A stretch of DNA of 64,000 bases, from contig JAGATN010000008.1 in assembly GCA_017621225.1 (NCBI GenBank), forward strand, positions 62,952 through 126,951, in the 5' to 3' direction. The first letter of the stretch is position 1. Every line of letters starts with the position of its first letter. Source of the stretch: Muribaculaceae bacterium. Lineage in GTDB: Bacteria; Bacteroidota; Bacteroidia; Bacteroidales; Muribaculaceae. The notes below the pieces were generated by a model that was not told the origin of the DNA, ran no database searches, and was given only the letters and a program-made list of their open reading frames with translations. Of the stretch, positions 19,035 through 28,832 are shown one piece after another. A program made the translations under genes and the position numbers.

Positions 19035-20300
19035 GTGATCCGAACCGACAGGATATGCATAATGATATTTCTCGGGAGCTTCATTCTGATGCTTCCGAGC
19101 TTCGCATTTCTGAAATTTGCCGACGAGTTGTGCGCATATGGATTGCTGGCATTGGCATTGGCCGATTGTTTTGCCAACGGAAATTGGGACCGATATTCGC
19201 TGCTCTGGGCCATTATGGCCGTAATGGCATTCTATGCATTCTACTCGCTGACGCTCCCCTACAACACGCCTGCGGCCATCGCCAAGGACTGGCTGATACA
19301 GCTTAAACCGTTCATACCGTTTGCGGTCATTCTAACGATAAGGCCGTCGATGACCGAAACCGACAAACGCATAGCCCGCATCACCGCCATAGTTACGGTA
19401 GCCGTGACCGCGATATTGATGATAGCCGGAAACCACGTGGTGCGCAAACTGATAGTGCACATCACATATTGCGGCATAAGCTGCTTTGTAAGTGCAATGA
19501 TCTATCTGTTTTGCAGCATCGACCGAAAAGGAGAGATAACCCGAACCGACATGTTTACGGCCATCGCCATGCTCACCATAGGGCTTGGATGCACGCGCGC
19601 GAAATATTACGGCATATTCGTACTGGCATTGTACTTCCTGCTTTTTTACAAACCGGGCATATTCACGCGCCGCTCCACAATGAGCATGCTTACCGTTGCG
19701 GCGGTAGGCGCGCTCGTAATGGCCGTAAGCTGGCACAAAATACAATATTACTTTCTATCGGGCGAAGGCACCGATTTCGACATCTCAGTAATCGAATCGT
19801 ACGCGCGCCCGGTAATGTACGCCACCGGGGTGCTCGTCATAGCCGACCGTCTGCTGCTCGGCAGCGGACTCGCATCGTTCGGGTCGTACGTTTCGGGCGA
19901 GAGCTATTCGGCCCTTTACCATGAATATGGCATCGACAAAGTGTATGGTCTGAGCGAATCGATGCATGAATTCATATGCGACGCCTTCTATCCCTCGCTG
20001 GCCCAGTTCGGCCTGATAGGCATAATGCTGTTCGCGGCATTCTGGATCTACATATACCGCCTGCTGCTACACATGCTACGCTCCGACCCTCAGTTAGGCC
20101 GGTATTACTACATAATCGGCGTCATCACCATATGCTTCATAGGCATAGAAAGCATAGCGTCGACCACATTGGTTCAAAGCCCCGGCATGGTGCTGATGAT
20201 GCTTTTAGCCTTCATATGCGCCAAATCGGCATGCTTGTTCGGCGTGCCCTCGCTCCCGAAACCCATAGACAAAATCAGAAAACTTAAAATCATCACATAA
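19035..20300 (+). CDS. Putative polysaccharide polymerase (Wzy / O-antigen ligase-like)
   Basis: About 10-11 TMs with a periplasmic loop LLGSGLASFG; located in a Wza/Wzx cluster. Confidence 0.65.
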   Translation: MIRTDRICIMIFLGSFILMLPSFAFLKFADELCAYGLLALALADCFANGNWDRYSLLWAIMAVMAFYAFYSLTLPYNTPAAIAKDWLIQLKPFIPFAVILTIRPSMTETDKRIARITAIVTVAVTAILMIAGNHVVRKLIVHITYCGISCFVSAMIYLFCSIDRKGEITRTDMFTAIAMLTIGLGCTRAKYYGIFVLALYFLLFYKPGIFTRRSTMSMLTVAAVGALVMAVSWHKIQYYFLSGEGTDFDISVIESYARPVMYATGVLVIADRLLLGSGLASFGSYVSGESYSALYHEYGIDKVYGLSESMHEFICDAFYPSLAQFGLIGIMLFAAFWIYIYRLLLHMLRSDPQLGRYYYIIGVITICFIGIESIASTTLVQSPGMVLMMLLAFICAKSACLFGVPSLPKPIDKIRKLKIIT

Positions 20301-22351
20301 TGGCAGAAAATCACGAAATAGACCTGCGACGTTTTTTCCGCTCGGCCCGAAAATTGAGATGGCTATATCTGGCATCGCTACTCGTATTTCTCGGCCTGGC
20401 CATATCGTATGCCCTGATTTCGCAACCGAAATATACCATAAGGTCGACGATGCTCATCGAAGACCAAGAAGGCGAAACGCCTCAGATAGGAGGCAATCTG
20501 AACTCAATGATGCGCATGTTTTCGATAGGTGGATTCGGCGCGTCGTCGGTCGACAACGAATTGCTGCTCGTAAACTCCTACGACCTCATGCTGCGCACCG
20601 TGAAGCGCCTCGGCCTCAACATCACATACACGCAAACCGACGGCTTGAAAAAGAAAACGCTGTTCAACGACAGCCCGGTGACGGCGATGGCCCCATACGA
20701 AATGCTCGACACGCTCTCCAACGGATTTAACATAAAGGTAAAACTACACGACGGCAAAGCCGACATCGAAGCTTACCAAGGCCGGTTTCTGAAGCATACG
20801 CTTGCCGAAGCCGAAAACGCATCGCTGCCATGCACCGTAAACACACCTTACGGCGACATCAAGCTGGCCGCGACCGAGCATTACAGCCCCGACGCCGACG
20901 AAACCATTACCATAGGCATAGTGGGATACGGAAGCATGGCACACATACTTTACGACGAAGTACGCACCGACGTTTCGAGCAAAACGGCCGACGGAATCGA
21001 CTTCGAAGTCAAAGATGCCAATACAGCGCGCGGAAAAGCATTCCTAAACGCATTGATGGACGAATATAACAACAAGCGCATCGACCGCAAACACACCACG
21101 GCACATCAGGAGCTCGATTTTCTCGACGAGCGCATAGCGCTCCTGGCCAACGACCTGGCCGACTCGGAAAAGAAAGTGGAAAGCTACAAATCCGACAACA
21201 AAACCGTCGACTTAGGCTCCGAGGCTCCGCTAATATTCGAAAACGCCCTCGATGCAAAAAATGAATTGCTAAAACTCCAGTCCGACATACTTTATTACGA
21301 GCAAGTGACGCAATCGCTCGACGATCCCGACCACGAGCGACTGCTGCCGATGGCCTCAATGATCACCACCGGAAACAAAAGCGTAATCCCCTTAGTGGAA
21401 CAATACAATGCCGAAGTAATCAACCGGCAGAATCTGCGCCGTTCCGCAAAGCCCGGAAACCACGCGCTCGAATCGTCGACCGAGCGAATCGACCATATCC
21501 ATTCGGCCATTTCGAAAGATGTAAGCCAACTGCTTTTGTCGGCGCGCGCAAATTATAAAGGCATACTCGGATCGATTGGCGAATCGACATCGCGACTCAA
21601 CAATATGCCTCGCATCGAGCGCGAACTCACCGACCTGATACGCGACAAGCAAATCAAAAACGAGCTGTACCTGTATCTGTTGCAGAAGCGTGAAAGCGCA
21701 TTGCTGCAACTGAGCGCCACCGGATCGCCCGGATTCATCATCGACAGTGCCTATGCAAGCATGAAGCCGAGCCGCTCGAAAGTCATAGCTATATTCAGCA
21801 TTGCCATCTTACTGGCACTGGCAATTCCATCGGCGCTCGCGCTCATACACATGCGTCGAAACGACAAAGTTACCGACCAAACCGATCTGCACGCCGCAGG
21901 GCTCGAAAATCGGTGCATAGTATACGATGGAGAGCAATCCTCCATCAATCGCTTGCGAATGTCGATAATGAGCCACTCCGTGCCCGAGGCCATATACGTT
22001 GCCGACTTTTGCAATTCGGCAATCGTCGATAAACTAACGTCGGCCTTCGAAGCGATAGGGATAAACGTCGTCGCGCCGCAGCCCACCCCCACCGACAATG
22101 ACTTGGTGCAGACGCCGAAATTCAGAAACGAAATAGCCTCAATGGCCTCAACCGACGGCGACACTTGCGTAATGGTGCGTCTTGCCTCTCCCGAAAGAGT
22201 GGCCGAAATATCGCGCCTTATCAGCGCTACGTCGCCATTGCTCATCATAATAGCGCCCGGAGTCATGCCGCGCCAAGACATAAAACTAATGTGCAGCGGC
22301 ATCGATGGCAATTGCCTGACGATAGCCATCGACAAATCAAGCGCCATTTAA
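20300..22351 (+). CDS. Polysaccharide co-polymerase (Wzc/GumC-like) with degenerate kinase domain
   Basis: Two TMs flanking a coiled-coil periplasmic domain; LYLYLLQKRE GNVR-like motif; no Walker A in the C-terminal domain. Confidence 0.8.
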   Translation: MAENHEIDLRRFFRSARKLRWLYLASLLVFLGLAISYALISQPKYTIRSTMLIEDQEGETPQIGGNLNSMMRMFSIGGFGASSVDNELLLVNSYDLMLRTVKRLGLNITYTQTDGLKKKTLFNDSPVTAMAPYEMLDTLSNGFNIKVKLHDGKADIEAYQGRFLKHTLAEAENASLPCTVNTPYGDIKLAATEHYSPDADETITIGIVGYGSMAHILYDEVRTDVSSKTADGIDFEVKDANTARGKAFLNALMDEYNNKRIDRKHTTAHQELDFLDERIALLANDLADSEKKVESYKSDNKTVDLGSEAPLIFENALDAKNELLKLQSDILYYEQVTQSLDDPDHERLLPMASMITTGNKSVIPLVEQYNAEVINRQNLRRSAKPGNHALESSTERIDHIHSAISKDVSQLLLSARANYKGILGSIGESTSRLNNMPRIERELTDLIRDKQIKNELYLYLLQKRESALLQLSATGSPGFIIDSAYASMKPSRSKVIAIFSIAILLALAIPSALALIHMRRNDKVTDQTDLHAAGLENRCIVYDGEQSSINRLRMSIMSHSVPEAIYVADFCNSAIVDKLTSAFEAIGINVVAPQPTPTDNDLVQTPKFRNEIASMASTDGDTCVMVRLASPERVAEISRLISATSPLLIIIAPGVMPRQDIKLMCSGIDGNCLTIAIDKSSAI

Positions 22352-22361
22352 GCATCAGGAT

Positions 22362-23903
22362 ATGCCGACTGCGCGTCACGACAACACATCAAGAATAGTA
22401 TCAAACTCCATTCTGCTCAATGCACGGATGGTGGTGGTGCTCGGCATAAACCTTTACACGTCGCGCGTAATCTTCGAAATTCTCGGATTCACCGATTTCG
22501 GCATATACAATGCCGTGGCCGGGGTGGTCGGCATACTCGGATTTTTCACTTCGAGCCTTTCAAACGCCGTGCAGCGCTATCTCGGCATCGGCCTCGGCAA
22601 AAACGACTCGAACATACTGCGAACATACTTTTCGCACAGCCTCGAATTGCTCTGCATCACGGCCATTTTGCTTCTGATAATAGGCGAAACGGCAGGCTTA
22701 TGGTTTACCCGGACCCGGCTCGTATTTCCACCCGAAAGTCTGACGGCCGTAACGTGGACTTATCGGTTCGCGCTTCTGTCGTGCATAGCGTCGATAGTGC
22801 AGGTGCCCTACATGGCGGCTATGATTACGCGCGAAAAGATGAACGTGTATGCCTATGCAAGCATTTTTGAAGTGACAGTAAAGCTGGCAAGCGTGTTTGC
22901 ACTCAAGCTCATCGACAAATCCGATCAGCTCATAGCCTACTCCGCAGCGCTGTGCGTGATACAGATAATCATAACGGCCATATACGCCTGTTACTGCATG
23001 CGCTTCCCCGAATGCCGATTCAAAAAGTGCTGGGATAAGAAACTGATAGCCGAAATGACGCGCTTCGTAGGCTACAATCTGTTCGGATGCTTCTCGTATG
23101 CCGCCGGATATCAGGGGAGCAACATATTGCTCAACATCTTCTTCGGCCCCGTCATGAACGCGGCGCGCGCCATATCATTTCAGGTTAGCTCCGCCGTCAA
23201 CCGATTCTCTGAAAGCATCTTTACGGCCGTAAAGCCTCAGATCATAAAGTCGTATGCCGCCACCGACAATGGGTATCTGTCAAACCTCATTTTCAGCTCC
23301 TCGACACTCGGCTTTTTATTCATGCTGACGCTTGTTAATCCCATCCTATTCAACACGTCAACCATACTCGACATATGGCTTAAGGATGTGCCTGAACACG
23401 CCGCCACGTTCACGCAGCTTGCCATAATCGACTGCCTCATCGGCGCTCTCGCAACCCCATTGTGGCTCGCCCTGAACGCCACGGGAAACATACGCCGCAA
23501 TCAGACTTACGGACGCGCGTTCATCCTCGCATCGCTGCCGTTGTCGTATGTGTGCCTGCTCGCGGTTCCCAACCCCGACATACCGATGTGGGGGCTGATA
23601 ATGGCACAGGCATGTTATCTGATCCACTCTCTGCACGATGTGTGTTCGCAGCTCGACATAAAAGCGGCCGATTACGCCAAACGGGTATTGATGCCAATAT
23701 GCATGGCTTCGTTGCCGGCGCTGGCCCTGTGCGCCATGGAGAGCCGACTCGTAGAGGGCGACATGCTCCGTCTGTTAATCACGTCGGCCACGAGCACCAT
23801 AATCATCACGGCCATAACCTACCGATGCATTCTCTCCTCAGGCATGCGAGTGCTGCTAACGCAATGTTTCACCAAACAAAAAGTCGATCGGCATGATTCC
23901 TAA
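22362..23903 (+). CDS. Wzx-type flippase (MATE-like)
   Basis: LYTSRVIFEILG..DFGIY, NIFFGPVMNAARAI and AVKPQIIKSYA motifs; multiple TMs. Confidence 0.88.
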   Translation: MPTARHDNTSRIVSNSILLNARMVVVLGINLYTSRVIFEILGFTDFGIYNAVAGVVGILGFFTSSLSNAVQRYLGIGLGKNDSNILRTYFSHSLELLCITAILLLIIGETAGLWFTRTRLVFPPESLTAVTWTYRFALLSCIASIVQVPYMAAMITREKMNVYAYASIFEVTVKLASVFALKLIDKSDQLIAYSAALCVIQIIITAIYACYCMRFPECRFKKCWDKKLIAEMTRFVGYNLFGCFSYAAGYQGSNILLNIFFGPVMNAARAISFQVSSAVNRFSESIFTAVKPQIIKSYAATDNGYLSNLIFSSSTLGFLFMLTLVNPILFNTSTILDIWLKDVPEHAATFTQLAIIDCLIGALATPLWLALNATGNIRRNQTYGRAFILASLPLSYVCLLAVPNPDIPMWGLIMAQACYLIHSLHDVCSQLDIKAADYAKRVLMPICMASLPALALCAMESRLVEGDMLRLLITSATSTIIITAITYRCILSSGMRVLLTQCFTKQKVDRHDS

Positions 23904-24708
23904 AATAATCCATTATTGTTGGTTCGGCAACAATGCGCTCCCCGTACAAGCCGAAAAGTGCATCGCATCGTGGCGTCGTTTTTTTCCAGACTACGAGATA
24001 CGCCGTTGCGACGAATCAAACTTCGACATCAATGCCGTTCCATACGTCCGTCAGGCATACGAGGCGGGAAAATACGCATTCGTGAGCGACTATGCCCGTT
24101 TTAAGCTGTTGTACGATGAAGGAGGTATGTATTTCGACACCGACGTAGAAGTGATACGCTCTTTCGACGACATAATAAACGCGGGGGCGTTCATGGGATG
24201 CGAACGCACGTTTTATTCCCGGCGCGCGGACCCGATCATATCGATAGCTCCGGGATTGTGCATCGGCGCGCCAAAGCGGATGCCGCTGCTTGCCGAGATT
24301 CTGAACATATACGATCACATGACATTCGTCGACGGCGAAAACGTGAAAACCGTAGTCGACATAACGACCGGGCTGATGCGCGCGAAGGGATGGAAACCAA
24401 GCGACGGCGTGACACGCATAGACGGCATGAACATATATCCCCCCTGCTATTTCAGTCCGAAGGATACCCATACGGGCAACATCAACATCAGGCCCGAAAC
24501 CCGAAGCATACATCACTTTGCCGGAAGCTGGCTACCCGAAACCGACAGGCGCATACTCGCCCTGACATCGCGACTCGGCTGGCTGCCCGGATCGGTCCGA
24601 CGGCCCGTGGCAAAAATCATAGTGCTGTGCCGATGCAAGGGCGTGACGGCAATGTTTCGCGAATGCATGGCAATCGTAAGGCAGACGCACAATAAGTCAA
24701 CAAAATAA
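23893..24708 (+). CDS. GT32 / DXD-family glycosyltransferase
   Basis: MIPKIIHYCWFG..YAFVSDYARF..GGMYFDTDVE..HHFAGSW. Confidence 0.9.
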   Translation: MIPKIIHYCWFGNNALPVQAEKCIASWRRFFPDYEIRRCDESNFDINAVPYVRQAYEAGKYAFVSDYARFKLLYDEGGMYFDTDVEVIRSFDDIINAGAFMGCERTFYSRRADPIISIAPGLCIGAPKRMPLLAEILNIYDHMTFVDGENVKTVVDITTGLMRAKGWKPSDGVTRIDGMNIYPPCYFSPKDTHTGNINIRPETRSIHHFAGSWLPETDRRILALTSRLGWLPGSVRRPVAKIIVLCRCKGVTAMFRECMAIVRQTHNKSTK

Positions 24709-24748
24709 TCGTTTCATCAATAAAAACACCATTCATCAACATATAAGC

Positions 24749-25744
24749 ATGCAAGGCAGTTTAATAACGACATATCGATGCAACGCACATTGCAACATGT
24801 GCAACATATGGCAACATCCCACATCGCCGGTCGACGAAATTGATCCGGCCTATTATGCGAAGCTCCCTGCCGGACTCAGGATAAACATTACCGGCGGAGA
24901 AGCCACCTTGCGGCGCGACATTGACAAGATATTCGAAATACTGTATCCGAAAGCTTCGCTCCTGGAACTAAGCACAAATGGCTACAACACCGACGCCATA
25001 GTGGCATTAGCCCGAAAATACCCGAACATATTAATACGTGTAAGCGTGGAGGGGCTTCCGAAAATAAACGATTCGAAGCGAGGGCTCGTCAACGGATTCG
25101 ACCACGCACTGCGCACCATACTCGAACTGAAGAAAACGAAATGCAAGAACATAGGATTTTCAGTCGTGATATCGCCCGACAATTACAGCGACCTCGTTTC
25201 GCTATACGAGCTGTGCGTAGCGCTCGAAGTGGAACTCGGCAACTCCACCGTGCATAACTCCTGGTATTTTCATAAACACGACAACGTGGTGGAAAGCGCC
25301 GACGCATTGCGCGAACACGAACGCTTCGTAAAAGCCCTTCTCACGTCGAAACGCCGGGGCATCAAGGCCAAGCTCAAAGATTACGGCCGAGCCTATTTCA
25401 ACCGTTCGATACACCGCAGACTGCGTGGCGACGAGCCGGGCTACCGACCGCCGTGCGGAGCGCTCTCCGACTTCTTTTTCATCGATCCGGCAGGCAACGT
25501 ATCGCCCTGCAACGGGTCGGCCGACGAATGGATAATAGGAAACATCAAGGAATGCGACCTTGAGCAGATACTCAAGTCGCCCAAAGCCCGTGAAGTGGCG
25601 GAAAAAGTGAAAGCCTGCAAGCGCAACTGCGCATTCATAGTAACCGAACGCCACGACATGGTTCGCCGGCCATGGATTCCCATTGCATGGATTCTAAAAA
25701 ACAAATGGCACATTTTTCGCGGCAAAGATATATGCTGGGAATGA
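24749..25744 (+). CDS. Radical SAM protein with SPASM/Twitch domain
   Basis: CNAHCNMC, ITGGE, STNG and RVSVEG motifs; C-terminal CGA..GNVSPCN..C..C cysteine cluster. Confidence 0.88.
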   Translation: MQGSLITTYRCNAHCNMCNIWQHPTSPVDEIDPAYYAKLPAGLRINITGGEATLRRDIDKIFEILYPKASLLELSTNGYNTDAIVALARKYPNILIRVSVEGLPKINDSKRGLVNGFDHALRTILELKKTKCKNIGFSVVISPDNYSDLVSLYELCVALEVELGNSTVHNSWYFHKHDNVVESADALREHERFVKALLTSKRRGIKAKLKDYGRAYFNRSIHRRLRGDEPGYRPPCGALSDFFFIDPAGNVSPCNGSADEWIIGNIKECDLEQILKSPKAREVAEKVKACKRNCAFIVTERHDMVRRPWIPIAWILKNKWHIFRGKDICWE

Positions 25745-26829
25745 AGGAGACTCTTGCGGTAATAGGCATTCGGGGGTTCCCCGAAATTCAGGGTGGCGTA
25801 GAGAGCCACTGCATGCGGCTCATTCCGAAGCTCGGAATCAAGTGCCGCGTGTATCGCCGAAAACCGTACGTAGCCCAACCGGAGGCCCGAAAGCCGCATG
25901 ACTTCTCCGACATAACATTCGTCGATCTCCCCTCCACCAAAATAAAAGGAGTGGAAGCGCTGCTCCACACGCTGCTGTGCGCCCTGCACCTGATGTTTCA
26001 TCCGGTTCGCACCGTCAACGTTCACAACATAGGCCCCGGACTTTTCGCTCCGCTTCTGCGACTCGCCGGCATGAACGTGGTGCTCACGTATCACAGCGCC
26101 AACTATCTGCAAAAAAGCAAATGGGGGCCGATGTCGCGCGCGCTGCTCCGCATCTGCGAACGGGTGGCTTTGAAATTTGCCAACCGCGTGATTTTCGTAA
26201 ATCCGGCCATGATGAATGCATTCGGGCAACGCATACGGCAAAAATCCGTTGCCATACCAAATGCAATAGACATGATGCGGCCCACCGACGCCACCGACGA
26301 GATAACGCGATGGGGCCTCGTCGGGAAAAAATACATACTCGGCGTGGGACGCATTTCGCCCGAAAAGGGCTTCGACTTGCTGATCGAGGCTTCCGAACTG
26401 ATTCCCGAAGAATACACAATAGTAATAGCCGGAGGATGCGACAACGGCAACGATTACGCCAACCGCCTGAAGTCGATGGCATCAGGCCGACGCATCATAT
26501 TCACGGGATATGCCACCGGCGAGACGCTGCGGCAACTTTACAGCCACGCAAGCCTGTTTGCATTGCCCTCGCGCAACGAAGGGCTCTCGATAGCATTGCT
26601 CGAAGCAATGTCGTACGGACTCGACATAGTGGCCGGCGACATTCCGCAAAACCGGCTGCCCGAACTCTCCGACGACAACTTTTTCCGGTCGGGAAGCGCA
26701 AGCGACCTCGCGCGCAAAATCAACGAAAAGCTGTCATCCGGCATAAAACGCCGCGACTACGATCTTAGTGCCTACGATGCCGAACGCATGGTCGAGGCCA
26801 CCAGACGTGTATATTCAAGCCTGCAATAA
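25741..26829 (+). CDS. GT4 glycosyltransferase
   Basis: GIRGFPEIQGGVESHC, GVGRISPEKG and EGLSIALLEAMS motifs. The ATG overlaps the upstream TGA. Confidence 0.92.
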   Translation: MKETLAVIGIRGFPEIQGGVESHCMRLIPKLGIKCRVYRRKPYVAQPEARKPHDFSDITFVDLPSTKIKGVEALLHTLLCALHLMFHPVRTVNVHNIGPGLFAPLLRLAGMNVVLTYHSANYLQKSKWGPMSRALLRICERVALKFANRVIFVNPAMMNAFGQRIRQKSVAIPNAIDMMRPTDATDEITRWGLVGKKYILGVGRISPEKGFDLLIEASELIPEEYTIVIAGGCDNGNDYANRLKSMASGRRIIFTGYATGETLRQLYSHASLFALPSRNEGLSIALLEAMSYGLDIVAGDIPQNRLPELSDDNFFRSGSASDLARKINEKLSSGIKRRDYDLSAYDAERMVEATRRVYSSLQ

Positions 26830-26831
26830 CA

Positions 26832-26863
26832 TTTGCTTTTGCCGCCAATATTCACTAATTTTG
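26832..26863 (+). promoter_or_regulatory. Bacteroidetes promoter of the queuosine-precursor transporter
   Basis: TTTG (26832-26835), 20-nt spacer, TAATTTTG (26856-26863). Confidence 0.75.
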
Positions 26864-26879
26864 CAGCAAATAAATCACA

Positions 26880-26909
26880 CCGAGTGCTTGCTACCTCGTA
26901 AAAAACAAG
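26880..26909 (+). promoter_or_regulatory. preQ1 class I riboswitch
   Basis: CGAG-TGCTTGCTAC-CTCG-TAAAAAACAAG: P1 stem, loop CTTG pairing with tail CAAG, A-rich tail; directly upstream of a Q-precursor transporter. Confidence 0.8.
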
Positions 26910-26913
26910 AAAT

Positions 26914-27558
26914 ATGTCGAAAACATCATTCTCATTTACATTTTTGCTGCTCACGCTTACGTTTTGCGTGTGCCTGATAGTGTCGAACCTCATGGAGATA
27001 AAGGTGGTCGACCTCGGGTTCCTGACCATCACCGCCGGAGTAATAACGTTTCCCATCTCATATATAATAAGCGACTGCATAGTCGAAATCTACGGATTCA
27101 GCAAGGCGCGCATGGTGATATGGCTCGGATTTGCGGCAAACCTTACGGTATCGCTGCTTCTGCAAATAGGCATCTGGCTTCCCGGCGCATCGAGTTGGGA
27201 AGGGCAAGAAGCGATGCAAATGATATTCGGAGCCGTTCCGCGCATATTCGCGGCAAGCTTCATAGCCTTTTTGTCGGGCTCGATGGTAAATGCCTACGTG
27301 ATGGACAAGATGAAACGATCGGACGGCCGACAGCGGTTTTCGCTACGCGCCATAGTCTCCACGCTCTGGGGCGAAGGAGTCGACTCAATCGTATTTTTCC
27401 CGATAGCATTTGCGGGCACATTGCCGTGGAGCGAAATAGCCATGCTCATCATTACGCAGACGGTGCTCAAAACCTCATACGAGATACTGATTCTGCCCGT
27501 AACCATACAGGTGGTGAAAAGGCTTCGACGAATAGAATCGGCTTCGGCTGAAGCATAA
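26914..27558 (+). CDS. yhhQ: Queuosine precursor transporter (YhhQ/VUT family)
   Basis: LIVSNLMEIK..FPISYIISDCIVEIYGFSKAR..PRIFAASFIAFL..ST..G...DS; multiple TMs. Confidence 0.9.
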   Translation: MSKTSFSFTFLLLTLTFCVCLIVSNLMEIKVVDLGFLTITAGVITFPISYIISDCIVEIYGFSKARMVIWLGFAANLTVSLLLQIGIWLPGASSWEGQEAMQMIFGAVPRIFAASFIAFLSGSMVNAYVMDKMKRSDGRQRFSLRAIVSTLWGEGVDSIVFFPIAFAGTLPWSEIAMLIITQTVLKTSYEILILPVTIQVVKRLRRIESASAEA

Positions 27559-27578
27559 CATTTAAACCAACGACCGAC

Positions 27579-28334
27579 ATGACTTACGACGGATGCGACA
27601 TAAAGTGGGCCTGGGTAGACCTCGACGACACCTTGATAGATTTCACGGTCAATGCCCGCCGCGCGCTCACCCGACTGTATCGTACCGAAAATCTCGACAG
27701 GCTGTTCGAATCGGCCGATGAATGGGCCGAGTGCTACGAGCGCCACAACAAGTCGCTGTGGAGCGAATACAACGTCGGAAAAATTTCGCGCGACTACTTA
27801 AGAATGGAGCGCTTCATGCGCCCGCTCGTCGAGGGAGGGCTGACAACCGACGAAGCCGAAAAGCTGTCATCGATATTCGACGTGACGTATCTCGACTTTC
27901 TTGCCGAGGAGAAGCAATTGGTGCCCGGCGCGCTCGACCTCCTGAACGCACTGCGCAATGCCGGATGCAAAATAGGCATACTCAGCAACGGCTTCAAGGA
28001 GGTGCAGCATCGAAAAATCGCTTCCGCCGGCCTCGACGGGCTCATCGACGTGACCATTCTCAGCGATGACATAAACGTAAACAAGCCCGACATACGGCTG
28101 TATGAGCACGCCATGACAACGGTAGCCGACACCGATGCGTCGCACCACCTCATGATAGGCGACAATCCGACCACCGACATAGCGGGAGCCATAAATGCCG
28201 GCTGGAAAGCCATATACTTCAACCGGTTTGACAACGAGGCTTGCTACCCGCACGTCAATTGCAAAAACGTCCACAACCTGTCAGACATATTGCCCATGTT
28301 GGGGCCGGCAACCACGCTTTCACAGCTAAAATAG
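27579..28334 (+). CDS. yjjG: YjjG-family HAD nucleotidase
   Basis: DLDDTLIDF (motif I), LSNGF, KPD and MIGDNPTTDIAGA motifs. Confidence 0.85.
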   Translation: MTYDGCDIKWAWVDLDDTLIDFTVNARRALTRLYRTENLDRLFESADEWAECYERHNKSLWSEYNVGKISRDYLRMERFMRPLVEGGLTTDEAEKLSSIFDVTYLDFLAEEKQLVPGALDLLNALRNAGCKIGILSNGFKEVQHRKIASAGLDGLIDVTILSDDINVNKPDIRLYEHAMTTVADTDASHHLMIGDNPTTDIAGAINAGWKAIYFNRFDNEACYPHVNCKNVHNLSDILPMLGPATTLSQLK

Positions 28335-28495
28335 TGCGTATTTGCGATTTATTGCCAAAAAAAAGACGTTAAATAGCGTCTAATTGAAAAAAAAGTACGA
28401 TATTTGCACTTGCAAAATTCAAGCCGCTGCAAAAATCGGCTTAAATTATTGCTTAACAACGCATTTAATCAATTAATATAAAAAACAATACTAAA

Positions 28496-28768
28496 ATGAC
28501 TAAAGCCGACATCGTTAACGAAATCGCCAAGACTACAGGCATTGAAAAAGCCAACGTGCTTGACACAATCGAAAAATTCATGGAAGTAGTCAAGGATTCT
28601 TTGGCTCACGGAGAGAATGTTTATTTGCGTGGTTTTGGCAGTTTCATCGTTAAAACCCGCTCTGAAAAAACAGCCCGCAACATATCCAAGAACACGACCA
28701 TCATAATTCCCGAACACAAAATTCCCGCTTTCAAGCCTGCAAAAGTGTTCATGGAAGACGTGAAGTAA
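28496..28768 (+). CDS. HU/IHF-family DNA-binding protein
   Basis: MTKADIVNEIA..VYLRGFGSF..KTARNISKN..IPAFKP. Confidence 0.95.
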   Translation: MTKADIVNEIAKTTGIEKANVLDTIEKFMEVVKDSLAHGENVYLRGFGSFIVKTRSEKTARNISKNTTIIIPEHKIPAFKPAKVFMEDVK

Positions 28769-28832
28769 CGCACGCGGTTCTCTATTTTTTTGAATTATCC
28801 CCTATTTTATTAATCATATAATTTAGCGTAAA

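Noticed and set aside
24749-25744. Radical SAM as QueE/QueL of queuosine metabolism, given the nearby transporter
   Set aside because: It is coupled to GT4 inside the glycan cluster, has a SPASM-type tail, and a separate promoter precedes the transporter.
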